Made by a program: the position numbers and the translations under genes. A DNA stretch of 37,821 bases, from assembly GCA_037441155.1 (NCBI GenBank), contig JBBISQ010000008.1:1-37821 (forward strand), in the 5' to 3' direction. Origin of the DNA: Candidatus Fraserbacteria bacterium. Lineage in GTDB: Bacteria; Bipolaricaulota; Bipolaricaulia; RBG-16-55-9; DRXL01. The notes below the pieces were generated by a model. The model was not told the DNA's origin, searched no databases, and worked only from the letters and a program-made list of their open reading frames with translations. Positions 28,059 through 36,565 of the stretch are shown piece after piece; position 1 is the first letter of the stretch; each line of letters begins with the position of its first letter.

Positions 28059-31000
28059 ATGCGCGTGATAGTGAGTGCGCTGATCGGGCTGATCGCTCTG
28101 GGTGGGGGCTGGCTGGGCACCGGCCAAGCCGTCATCACCCCGCCCTCGGCTCCAGCTCCTGCCAGCCCCGGCGACGCCCTCACCCTGCCGTTTACCGTGA
28201 AAAACATCAGTTCAGAAAGAGATATCTTCGATTTCTCCCTCGAAGTCCCTTCAGGGCTTGAGCCGTTGGGAGTCCCCGAGCCCATCGAGCTCGAAGCCAA
28301 TGCTGAAGAGACCGTCTTCGTCAGCGTTTTTGTCAGCTCGAAAGCGCGCGCTGGAGCCCATATCGTCACTCTGAAAGCCCGCTCCCGCAAGAATCCGTCG
28401 CTGACAGCCCAAGCGAGCGTCACCGTCACGGTGAAAGAGTCGCCCGGCCTAGAGCTGATCGCTCCTCCATCAAAGACGGTCGAGCCAGGGAGCGCTGGGC
28501 GCATAGTTTTTATCGTGCGCAACAAGGGCAACGTTCCGGATCTCGTAGCGTTCTCTGTTCAGATCACGGGCACGCTGCGGGCCCCAGCGCCGCCGGGTGA
28601 TGTCTCTTTAGACGTCGGAGAGCACCGCGAGATCCCAATAGAGATCTCAGTTCCCAGGGGCGCCCCGCCGGTGCGCCACCGTGTTACCCTCCGAGCCGTC
28701 TCGAAAAGATTCGAGAACGTCTCCGCCGAAGCGACAGCAGTGCTCGACGTGTTGCCTCCCCTCCCCCACGAGGTGGGCGGCTCGCTCTTCCTCACGATCC
28801 CCTCTCAGGTAGGATTTCAGCTCGACGGACAGACGGCCTTCCCCGTAGGGGCTTCTGTTGCTATTCGTGAGTCTGGAGGCGCTCTGCTGCCCGACCGACC
28901 TGCGGTGCGCCTGAGCGTCGGAGGTGCGCTCACGCTCGACAACACCAGCGCCGGAGCGATCACCGTGATGGTCTCCGACGGACGGCCTCCCATCAGCATC
29001 CCTTCGGGAGCCAGCGACTCCCTGAGTTTTTCAGCCTCGGGAATCTTCACTGTTACTGTCAGCAACGGGGCTTTACTCCCTTCCGTCATCATTGTGACTG
29101 TGCAAGATCTCGTCTTCCGGCAGACCCTGAGCGGCACGGGCCAGTTTCACGCTCCAAGATCAGAACTCAAAACTCCTGAGCTCAGAACGCTTCACCTGGA
29201 GCTTCGGACCCCTGACAAGACGAGATCCCAAGCCGCAACAGATCGCATCGCATATCTTTTAGACATTCAGGATCTGTTCGAGCTGAACACGATCTTCTTC
29301 GCCCTCGACGTGAAGCCCGTGGGCTTCGCCATCGGCGATCTCTATCTCCCCATCAGCTCGCTGGCCACGCTCTTTGGGCGCGGCGGGCAGATCACCGTGC
29401 AACCGGGGTTTTTCGGCGTAAAAGTCTCGCTCGCTGCCGTCGCCGCGCAGCGCGCTCTCACAGAGGCAGAATTTCTCATCACCGACGACCCGACAGACCT
29501 GCCCGCAAGCGCCACCGTCAGCCTCAACCAGCCCGTCAGGTTCCGCAACGTCGGCCTAGCACCTCATACGGTCACCATTGGGGGATCGGGCAGCAGCACG
29601 CTTGCGCCGGGACAATCGTTCGTCCACGTGTTCAGCACCGTCGGGCAGGTCACCGTGACGATTGACATGACGCCCGTCGTGTTCATAGTGATCGCTGAAT
29701 CGTTCTGCAGTGCGTCGTTTCTGCTCTGCATCGGAGCTGAGAGCCACGGCTCGTTTCTCCCAGAGGTCACTATCAGTCAGTCAGCGCTCTTTGGCTTCAG
29801 CTCTTCTCTGACGACAACGCTGCTCAGCGCAATCCGATGGCAGATCCCCGGCGGCAGCGCCACGACCGTCGAGGGCGGGCTGACATTTCAAGACGGAACT
29901 TTTCTCGACTCGGCCCTGCGCATCACATCCGAGCTGCACATGGGGGATTTCTTGCTTTCTGCCCAAGTTGTGCGAGCCGGGCCAGCCTTCGCCGGCGACC
30001 GCCGCGACGAACAGGGCATGAGTGTCTTTCAGACGTTCTCTACGACGAACTTTTCAGTGGGATTGAGCTTCGAGCGCACCCATAATAACGTCACGAACGA
30101 CCCACTCCAACAGACGCTGACCCGTCAAGAAGCCCGAGCGTTTTTCGGTCTCAAACTCTCTGAAATCTTCCCGACAGTCCGGCTCTCGACCGTCTATAGC
30201 ACGCTCGTAGGAACGGGGCCGCTGCCCCCTACGGATCTATCGCGATTTGCTTTCACGGCACAGTTGATCCAACCCATCGGCAAACTCGGAGATATCTCCG
30301 TCTTCACCGAGCAAGCTCAGAGTATCAATGCCATCGCGGGGACGGAGACGGGCTTTGGCACGGTGGGCAGCGAGTTCTCTATCAAACTCACGGAGCTGCG
30401 CGCCTCGGTGGGCTTGGAGCACCGCTCCGAAGTCGATCTTCTATCTAAAACCCTACTCACCCAGTCGCTCGTGACGTCCGCAGGGCTGGAGCTTCTTCGC
30501 AAGCCCTTTGGGGTGCGCTTCAGCTGGACGCGCTTTCCCGACCGATTCAGTGTGAACACAGCCCTTCAAGCCCGCCTGGGGATCGCCACGCTCTTCTCTT
30601 CGGCATTGATTGATTTTCTCGACTCGGGCGCGAAAGAGTTCAGCTTCGCGCTCGCCGTCGCGCTCCAGTTCGATGCGACGATCCCATTTATAGTCATCAA
30701 CGGTCGAGTCGAGGGCTTCGTCTTCATAGATGCCAACAGCAACAGCCAACGCGACCCCGATGAAGTCGGGCCCAAAGATCTCATTCTCACCCTGGGCAAC
30801 GAAAAAGCGCGCACCGACGAGCGCGGGTTTTTCAGATTTCCCTCGATGGAACCGGGAACATATGAGTTGAAGATCGAAAAGCTTCCCACGGGGATCATCG
30901 TCAAGACGGTGTTGCCCCAGAAAGTTCAGATCGTCGCCGGGAAGACTGTGAAGCTCGAAATCCCGCTCGCCCAGGTCGCGGTGATCGAGGGCCTAGTCTT

Positions 31001-31577
31001 TCACGATGAGAACCGCAACGGCCAAGCAGATTCTAGTGAGCAAGGGCTTGGCTTTGTACGGGTTTTTCTCACCGACGCAACGGGCAAGACCCGCGATCAG
31101 CGCACCGATTCTGAGGGGCGCTTTGCGTTTAGCGAGCTGCTTCCCGGAAGGTACACAGTCGCGCTCGACGTGCGCAGCCTGCCTCCCGATTTTGCGCCCA
31201 CCACCCCAGCCGAGGTCGCGGTCGAGCTGAAAGCTCAAGAGCGCATCACGGTCAACTTTGGGGCAGCCGAACGCCCCCGCACTGTCAAATTCCCTCCAGT
31301 AGCAGACTTTACGTTCTCGCCGGAGCGCCCCAAGGTCGGCGAGCCCGTGCGCTTCGACGCGTCAGAGTCCTTCGACCCCGACGGTCAGATTATCAAATAC
31401 GAGTGGGACTTTGAGAGCGACGGGACGATAGACGCTCAGGGTGTGACGGTCGAGCACAGTTTCACTCAAGCGGGTAGCTTCACGGTGACGCTGACGGTCA
31501 CTGACAACGATGGCGAGAAGAGCACAGCACGAAAGACGATCACGGTGGGAGCGCGGTTACGAGATCCGCCCCAGTAG
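28059..31577 (+). CDS. Large exported multidomain protein (2 Ig/NEW3-like, beta-rich core, 2 SdrD-B-like, PKD); usher-like candidate
   Basis: Signal peptide MRVIVSALIG..; PGDALTLPFTVKN and PGSAGRIVFIVRNKGN repeats; amphipathic strands; GFVFIDANSNSQRD and GLVFHDENRNGQAD; PKD FDASESFDPDGQIIKYEWDF. Confidence 0.7.
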   Translation: MRVIVSALIGLIALGGGWLGTGQAVITPPSAPAPASPGDALTLPFTVKNISSERDIFDFSLEVPSGLEPLGVPEPIELEANAEETVFVSVFVSSKARAGAHIVTLKARSRKNPSLTAQASVTVTVKESPGLELIAPPSKTVEPGSAGRIVFIVRNKGNVPDLVAFSVQITGTLRAPAPPGDVSLDVGEHREIPIEISVPRGAPPVRHRVTLRAVSKRFENVSAEATAVLDVLPPLPHEVGGSLFLTIPSQVGFQLDGQTAFPVGASVAIRESGGALLPDRPAVRLSVGGALTLDNTSAGAITVMVSDGRPPISIPSGASDSLSFSASGIFTVTVSNGALLPSVIIVTVQDLVFRQTLSGTGQFHAPRSELKTPELRTLHLELRTPDKTRSQAATDRIAYLLDIQDLFELNTIFFALDVKPVGFAIGDLYLPISSLATLFGRGGQITVQPGFFGVKVSLAAVAAQRALTEAEFLITDDPTDLPASATVSLNQPVRFRNVGLAPHTVTIGGSGSSTLAPGQSFVHVFSTVGQVTVTIDMTPVVFIVIAESFCSASFLLCIGAESHGSFLPEVTISQSALFGFSSSLTTTLLSAIRWQIPGGSATTVEGGLTFQDGTFLDSALRITSELHMGDFLLSAQVVRAGPAFAGDRRDEQGMSVFQTFSTTNFSVGLSFERTHNNVTNDPLQQTLTRQEARAFFGLKLSEIFPTVRLSTVYSTLVGTGPLPPTDLSRFAFTAQLIQPIGKLGDISVFTEQAQSINAIAGTETGFGTVGSEFSIKLTELRASVGLEHRSEVDLLSKTLLTQSLVTSAGLELLRKPFGVRFSWTRFPDRFSVNTALQARLGIATLFSSALIDFLDSGAKEFSFALAVALQFDATIPFIVINGRVEGFVFIDANSNSQRDPDEVGPKDLILTLGNEKARTDERGFFRFPSMEPGTYELKIEKLPTGIIVKTVLPQKVQIVAGKTVKLEIPLAQVAVIEGLVFHDENRNGQADSSEQGLGFVRVFLTDATGKTRDQRTDSEGRFAFSELLPGRYTVALDVRSLPPDFAPTTPAEVAVELKAQERITVNFGAAERPRTVKFPPVADFTFSPERPKVGEPVRFDASESFDPDGQIIKYEWDFESDGTIDAQGVTVEHSFTQAGSFTVTLTVTDNDGEKSTARKTITVGARLRDPPQ

Positions 31578-32111
31578 CTTGCGAAACCGATAGAAATACT
31601 CTATCCCAGAGATCACCGTGACGGCGACCACAATGGGGATGAGAACGCTCTTCACACCGTCGGCATCCCAGCGAAATGCACCCTGACTGAGCAGCACGAA
31701 CACGAGCCCGATCTGAGAGATCGTCTTGAGTTTGCCCCACAGGCTCGCGCCGAGCACCACCCCTTGAGCGCTGATCACCGTGCGCAGCCCGGTGACCAAA
31801 AACTCGCGGGCAACGATAATAATGACCGGCACCGCTGAGATCTCTTGGAGCTGCACAAACGCCAAGAGCACTGAGATAATTAAGATCTTGTCGGCGATGG
31901 GATCGGCGAACTTCCCCACGTTCGTCTCGTGCTCTCGAAGACGCGCGATATAGCCGTCTACGGCATCGGAGATCGCAGCCAGCGCGAAGAGCGCCAGCGC
32001 AATAGCCCCATGATGCGAGCCGGACACGAGCACAAAATACAGAATCGCTGGGATGAGCAGGATGCGCAGCAGCGTGAGTCCGTTGGGCAGATTGAGGGCC
32101 TTGGCTCGCAT
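31557..32111 (-). CDS. pgsA: CDP-diacylglycerol--glycerol-3-phosphate 3-phosphatidyltransferase
   Basis: NLPNGLTLLR, DAVDGYIAR..GKFADPIADK, REFLVTGLR, GKLKT. Confidence 0.93.
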   Translation of the reverse strand: MRAKALNLPNGLTLLRILLIPAILYFVLVSGSHHGAIALALFALAAISDAVDGYIARLREHETNVGKFADPIADKILIISVLLAFVQLQEISAVPVIIIVAREFLVTGLRTVISAQGVVLGASLWGKLKTISQIGLVFVLLSQGAFRWDADGVKSVLIPIVVAVTVISGIEYFYRFRKLLGRIS

Positions 32112-32137
32112 GGGATGAGTGTACACTGTGCGGGGAA

Positions 32138-32896
32138 TCAGAGCAAGCGCCTGCAGAATGCCCTGAGAGCGTCGGTGACAGCTTCTGGGGCCTCCAGCAT
32201 CACCATGTGCCCCGCGCCTTCGATGATCTTCAAGCGAGCATTGGGAATATTCTGCTGAAGATACTCAGAATACTTGACGGGGGTGAGCTTGTCTTCCCGC
32301 CCACAGATCACGAGAGTGGGCACGGAGATCTCGCCCAGCCGGCTCATGAGGTCAAACGTCGAGCAGCTTACAAAATCCCGATAGAGCGCCTCGCGCCCAT
32401 TGCGTCGCATCTGCTCGCGGGCCTTGTCTTTCAGAGTTGGATCGGCTTGTTCCGCAAAGGCCCAACTCACGACAAGCTCGACAGCTCTGTCAAAATCAGC
32501 CTGGCACAGCTCTAAGATCTGCGGGTGGACTTTCAGTTTTGCGCCAGTGCCAACCAAGCCTAAGCCAACGAGATTGTTCGGGCGCTGGAGCGCCGCCGTG
32601 AGCGCGATTGCCCCGCCCATCGAGTGCCCGACAACGACCGTGGGCACTGCTAGAGCTTGGAGCATCGCGAGCACGTCTTCAACGTATGATGCTAAGCCGT
32701 CGCCGGCGCGCGCGCTGCTGCGCCCATGGCCGTTGAGATCGAGCGCGACAACAGAGAAATCTTGGGCGAGCTCGCGCAGCTGCTGCCCCCACAGGGTGTG
32801 ATCGCCCCCGGCCCCATGCACCAAGAGCAGGGCCGGCTGGCCCTGCCCCGCTTGGGCGAAGTAGAGCTCTGTCTGATGAATTCGTATCGTAGGCAC
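32138..32896 (-). CDS. Alpha/beta hydrolase
   Basis: VHGAGG, DLNGHGRS, GHSMGG, GAGHMV. Confidence 0.9.
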   Translation of the reverse strand: MPTIRIHQTELYFAQAGQGQPALLLVHGAGGDHTLWGQQLRELAQDFSVVALDLNGHGRSSARAGDGLASYVEDVLAMLQALAVPTVVVGHSMGGAIALTAALQRPNNLVGLGLVGTGAKLKVHPQILELCQADFDRAVELVVSWAFAEQADPTLKDKAREQMRRNGREALYRDFVSCSTFDLMSRLGEISVPTLVICGREDKLTPVKYSEYLQQNIPNARLKIIEGAGHMVMLEAPEAVTDALRAFCRRLL

Positions 32897-33252
32897 TAGT
32901 GCACAAGCTGGGCCTTGGCCCGCTCGATGAGCGTGTCAAACGTCTGGGGGTCGTGGATGGCGATCTCGGCGAGCATCTTGCGGTTGAGCTTGATGCCTGC
33001 CTTCGAGAGCCCATTGATGAAGCGTGAATAGGGCAAGCCGCGCGCCCGCGCGGCTGCGTTGATGCGAATATTCCAGAGCCGGCGGAACTCGCGCTTGCGC
33101 AGCTTTCTGCTGATATAGGCATTGCGCAGGGCGTGCATCACCCGTTGCTTGGCGATGCGAAAGCAGGTGCGCCGCTTGCCCTTGAATCCCTTGGCTAGTT
33201 CGAGAATTCTCTTTCGCCGTTCGAGTCGTTTGTTGCCACCTTTGACGCGCAT
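32896..33252 (-). CDS. rplT: 50S ribosomal protein L20
   Basis: RVKGG, KREFRRLWNIRINAAAR, LNRKMLAEIA. Confidence 0.97.
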   Translation of the reverse strand: MRVKGGNKRLERRKRILELAKGFKGKRRTCFRIAKQRVMHALRNAYISRKLRKREFRRLWNIRINAAARARGLPYSRFINGLSKAGIKLNRKMLAEIAIHDPQTFDTLIERAKAQLVH

Positions 33253-33276
33253 ACTCTCCTCCGTTTCGAAAGCATC

Positions 33277-33471
33277 TCAGCTCGACAACTGATCCCTATA
33301 GATTCTGGCCAGAGCCGGGGGAACTTGAAAGCCCCGGCGCGCTTGGCGCTTGCGATTGGGGCTGCGCTTCACCAATTTATGATGATACCCTGCCGTCGAG
33401 CCGAGCACTTTCTTGTTTCGTGTGACTTTAAAGCGCTTCGCGATCCCCTTGTGCGTCTTCTTCTTGGGCAT
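33277..33471 (-). CDS. rpmI: 50S ribosomal protein L35
   Basis: MPKKKTHKGIAKRFKVT; GAGGAGG 8 nt upstream. Confidence 0.93.
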   Translation of the reverse strand: MPKKKTHKGIAKRFKVTRNKKVLGSTAGYHHKLVKRSPNRKRQARRGFQVPPALARIYRDQLSS

Positions 33472-34054
33472 CGTCATGACCTCCTCGTTCAACAGTTTGT
33501 TCTGGAACAGGCTGTTGGTGCACAATCTTCGAGCCGGTGGCTACGCCCTTCCCTGGCACCAGGAGCATCTGCAGCGACCGGCCTCGTTCTTTGGGGTATT
33601 GCTCGACACGCCCGATGTCTGCTACCTCGCGAGCGATGCGGTCGAGCAGCTCTCGTCCCCGATTGATATGAACGATCTCGCGCCCGCGAAAGATCACGGT
33701 GACGCGCACTTTGTCCTCGTCGGTCAAAAACTTGCGAATGTGCCGGAGCTTCGTTTCAAAATCGTGCTTCTCGATCTGGGTCGTCATGCGGATCTCTTTG
33801 AGCTTGCCGCCCTTGGGACGCTTCTTCTCTCGCTTCTCTTGACGATAGCGATACTTCCCGAAGTTGACGAACTTACAGACGACCGGGGTCGCCTGCGGGG
33901 CGACTTCGACGAGATCCAGGTTGCGGCTCCGCGCTTGCCTGATCGCTTCGGCGAGGGGCATGATGCCCAACTGCTCGCCGTTCTCATCAATGACTCGAAC
34001 TTCCTTGGCCCGAATCTCCTCGTTCTTGCGAATCCGGCTATACGGTCCGGCGAT
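33428..34054 (-). CDS. infC: Translation initiation factor IF-3 (ATC start)
   Basis: NEEIRAKEVRVI, LDLVEVAP, KEIRM, IEKHDFETK, FRGRE; AAGGAGG 6 nt before an in-frame ATC. Confidence 0.93.
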   Translation of the reverse strand: MAGPYSRIRKNEEIRAKEVRVIDENGEQLGIMPLAEAIRQARSRNLDLVEVAPQATPVVCKFVNFGKYRYRQEKREKKRPKGGKLKEIRMTTQIEKHDFETKLRHIRKFLTDEDKVRVTVIFRGREIVHINRGRELLDRIAREVADIGRVEQYPKERGRSLQMLLVPGKGVATGSKIVHQQPVPEQTVERGGHDDAQEEDAQGDREAL

Positions 34055-34096
34055 AGGCGACCTCCTTGTCAGTCTAGCAGTGTGCTTGAATGCGCC

Positions 34097-34125
34097 ACGA
34101 TAGCATATTTTCAAAGCCCTGTCAA
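34097..34125 (-). promoter_or_regulatory. Sigma70 promoter of infC operon
   Basis: TTGACA-17-TATCGT with TGn. Confidence 0.65.
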
Positions 34126-34136
34126 GAGAACTTCTG

Positions 34137-34209
34137 CGCTCCCAAGGGGATTCGAACCCCTGTTTCCGGCTTGAGAGACCAGCGTCCTGGGCCGCTAGAC
34201 GATGGGAGC
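34137..34209 (-). tRNA. tRNA-Glu (anticodon CTC), CCA not encoded
   Basis: GCTCCCA acceptor stem pairing with TGGGAGC, anticodon arm CTGGT-CT-CTC-AA-GCCGG, T-loop GGTTCGAATCC. Confidence 0.95.
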
Positions 34210-34222
34210 GGAATGTGCCTTG

Positions 34223-34251
34223 AGTGTAACAAATTCGGGGAAAACCGTCAA
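34223..34251 (-). promoter_or_regulatory. Sigma70 promoter of tRNA-Glu
   Basis: TTGACG-17-TACACT with TGn. Confidence 0.7.
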
Positions 34252-34303
34252 GGTACTCCTATGGATTCTGGTCGTCCGTGACGCCGTCTCATATAATTGG
34301 GCC

Positions 34304-35902
34304 ATGGCACCGAACAATCCCTACGGGCCCACACGCAGCCCAGTGATCGCCTCACGCGTCGTCGCCACGAGCCATCCCTTGGCCGTCCAAGCTGGGATCG
34401 AGATGCTCCGACGCGGAGGCAACGCTGTTGACGCTGCTATCGCAACAGCGATCACGCTCACGATCGTCGAGCCAACTTCCAACGGGATCGGAGGCGACGC
34501 GTTTGCGCTCGTGTGGGATGGGGAAAGACTCTATGGGCTGAACGGCTCTGGCCGCGCCCCCAAGGCGCTCACCCTCGAAGCTGTCACAGCGGTAGGACAT
34601 AAGACGATGCCCACGCGGGGGTGGCTCCCCGTCACTGTGCCGGGAGCCCCAGCAGCGTGGAGGGACCTCCACAGACGCTTCGGCAGGCTGCCCTTCGAAG
34701 CGCTCTTCGAGCCAGCTATTTTTTACGCTGAACAAGGGCATCCCGTCGCGCCCATCGTCGCCCAATATTGGGGCTACGCCGCCCACGTCTATGCCCAGCT
34801 CACGGACCTAGAGTTTGCCGGCTGGCACAAGACGTTTACCCAAAACGGACGCGCTCCAGAAGCCGGAGAAGTCTGGGCCAGCCCCGATCACGCCCGCACG
34901 CTGCGTCGCTTGGCCCAGTCCCATTGTGACGATTTCTATCACGGGAAACTCGCGGAGACGATCGTGCGCTTCGCTCAAGAGACCGGGGGACTGCTCAGCA
35001 GCCAAGATCTGAAGGAGCACACAAGCACCTGGGTCGAGCCAATAAAGACTTCATATAGAGAGTATGACGTCTGGGAGATCCCCCCCAACGGGCAGGGGAT
35101 CGTCGCGCTCATCGGGCTGAATATCTTAGAAGACTTCGAGCTCGCTCGGCACCCCAGAGACTCGGCAGAGTCGTTTCATCTCCAGATCGAGGCGCTCAAG
35201 CTCGCGTTTGCCGACGGGTTGAGATATATTGCCGACCCAGAGTGTGTTCCCGTGCCCGTCAAAGAATTGCTTGACAAAAAATATGCTACCAAGCGCAGAG
35301 CGCTCATCGGTGATCGGGCACTCGACCCCCTCCCCGGCGATCCTTACGCCGGCGGAACGGTCTATCTCTGCACAGCCGACGCCGACGGCATGATGGTCAG
35401 CTTCATCCAGTCGAACTATATGGGTTTTGGCTCTGGGATCGTCGTTCCCGGCACGGGCATCGCCCTTCACAATCGCGGCGCGTGCTTCGCGCTCGATCCA
35501 CAGCACCCCAACGCTCTTGCGCCAGGCAAGCGACCCTATCACACAATTATCCCCGGTTTCTTGACAAAAGACTCGAAGGCGATTGGCCCCTTTGGGGTGA
35601 TGGGAGGCTTCATGCAGCCCCAAGGGCATATCCAGATGATCGTCAACACGATAGATTATCAGATGAATCCCCAAGCGAGTTTAGATGCCCCGCGCTGGCA
35701 ATGGCTCAAAAACAAAGAGATCGAGATCGAATCCGATGCTGATCTCAAAATCGTCGAGGGCTTGCGCGCGAGAGGGCACGAAGTCACGCTCGCTGAAGCT
35801 GGCGGGCGCTTTGGCCGGGGACAGATCATTTGGCGACTGCCGTCTGGTGCGTACATTGCTGGCAGCGACAAGCGAGCAGACGGGTACGCCGCGGGGATTT
35901 GA
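34304..35902 (+). CDS. ggt: Gamma-glutamyltransferase family protein
   Basis: GGNAVDAAIA, GIGGDAF, VTVPGA, autocleavage GGTVYL, NYMGFGSG, KRPYHTIIPG, GVMGGFMQPQGH. Confidence 0.92.
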   Translation: MAPNNPYGPTRSPVIASRVVATSHPLAVQAGIEMLRRGGNAVDAAIATAITLTIVEPTSNGIGGDAFALVWDGERLYGLNGSGRAPKALTLEAVTAVGHKTMPTRGWLPVTVPGAPAAWRDLHRRFGRLPFEALFEPAIFYAEQGHPVAPIVAQYWGYAAHVYAQLTDLEFAGWHKTFTQNGRAPEAGEVWASPDHARTLRRLAQSHCDDFYHGKLAETIVRFAQETGGLLSSQDLKEHTSTWVEPIKTSYREYDVWEIPPNGQGIVALIGLNILEDFELARHPRDSAESFHLQIEALKLAFADGLRYIADPECVPVPVKELLDKKYATKRRALIGDRALDPLPGDPYAGGTVYLCTADADGMMVSFIQSNYMGFGSGIVVPGTGIALHNRGACFALDPQHPNALAPGKRPYHTIIPGFLTKDSKAIGPFGVMGGFMQPQGHIQMIVNTIDYQMNPQASLDAPRWQWLKNKEIEIESDADLKIVEGLRARGHEVTLAEAGGRFGRGQIIWRLPSGAYIAGSDKRADGYAAGI

Positions 35903-35945
35903 CAGAGAGATTCTTTTATGCTACCCTACAGACCGACCGGTCGGT
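35899..35945 (+). promoter_or_regulatory. TetR gene promoter with palindromic operator
   Basis: TTGACA-17-TACCCT followed by the perfect palindrome ACCGACCGGTCGGT (35932-35945). Confidence 0.65.
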
Positions 35946-35950
35946 TGGTT

Positions 35951-36565
35951 ATGAGGGACAAAGAACAGACGCGCGAGCGCATCTTGGATGCCGCCGAAAA
36001 ACTCTTCGCTGAGAAGGGTTTTCATGAGACGGCGATGGACGAGATCGTCCAGACCGCAAGGGTCTCGAAAGGCGGCGTCTATTTTCACTTCTCCAGCAAA
36101 GAGAAGCTCTTCTTCGCGCTGTTGGATAAGCTTGCCGACGCCCTCCAACGCGACGTCCAGCGAGAGATCGCGCGCCGGCGCGGCGCAGTGAATAAAGTCC
36201 AAGGAGCCCTCGAAGTCGTCTTGAAAAACTTGGCGAGCAAGCGCCAGCTCGCTCAGATCATCTTGCGCCAGGGGTACGGGCTGGGGCCGGCCTTCGAGCG
36301 TAAGAGATTAGAAATCTATTCGCGCTTTGCCCAGTTGATTCAAGAACATCTGGACGAAGCCGTCGTCGAGGGCTCGATCCCCCCCATTAATACGGAGATC
36401 ACAGCCTATGCTTGGTTAGGCGCGATTAACGAATTAGTTCTTCGCTGGATCTACACCGGCAAGCCCGACCCGCTCACCGAGGCGCTCCCGGCTCTGCTGG
36501 AGATATTCCTTCGCGGCATCGGCATCGAACAAGCACAAAACACAACAGAGAAAGGAGCCCCATGA
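35951..36565 (+). CDS. TetR/AcrR family transcriptional regulator
   Basis: RERILDAAEKLFAEKGFHETAMDEI..SKGGVYFHFSSKEKLF. Confidence 0.93.
   Translation: MRDKEQTRERILDAAEKLFAEKGFHETAMDEIVQTARVSKGGVYFHFSSKEKLFFALLDKLADALQRDVQREIARRRGAVNKVQGALEVVLKNLASKRQLAQIILRQGYGLGPAFERKRLEIYSRFAQLIQEHLDEAVVEGSIPPINTEITAYAWLGAINELVLRWIYTGKPDPLTEALPALLEIFLRGIGIEQAQNTTEKGAP

Noticed and set aside
29470-29700. Functional blue-copper site
   Set aside because: The Cys/His/Met ligand loop is missing.
34055-34096. L20 leader upstream of infC
   Set aside because: The predicted 5' UTR is only about 35 nt and has no recognisable structure.
33413-34174. 253-aa plus-strand ORF
   Set aside because: It is antisense to infC, rpmI and the tRNA.
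34137-34209. tRNA-Glu as an integration site
   Set aside because: No integrase or duplicated tRNA 3' end was seen, and the flanks are housekeeping genes.
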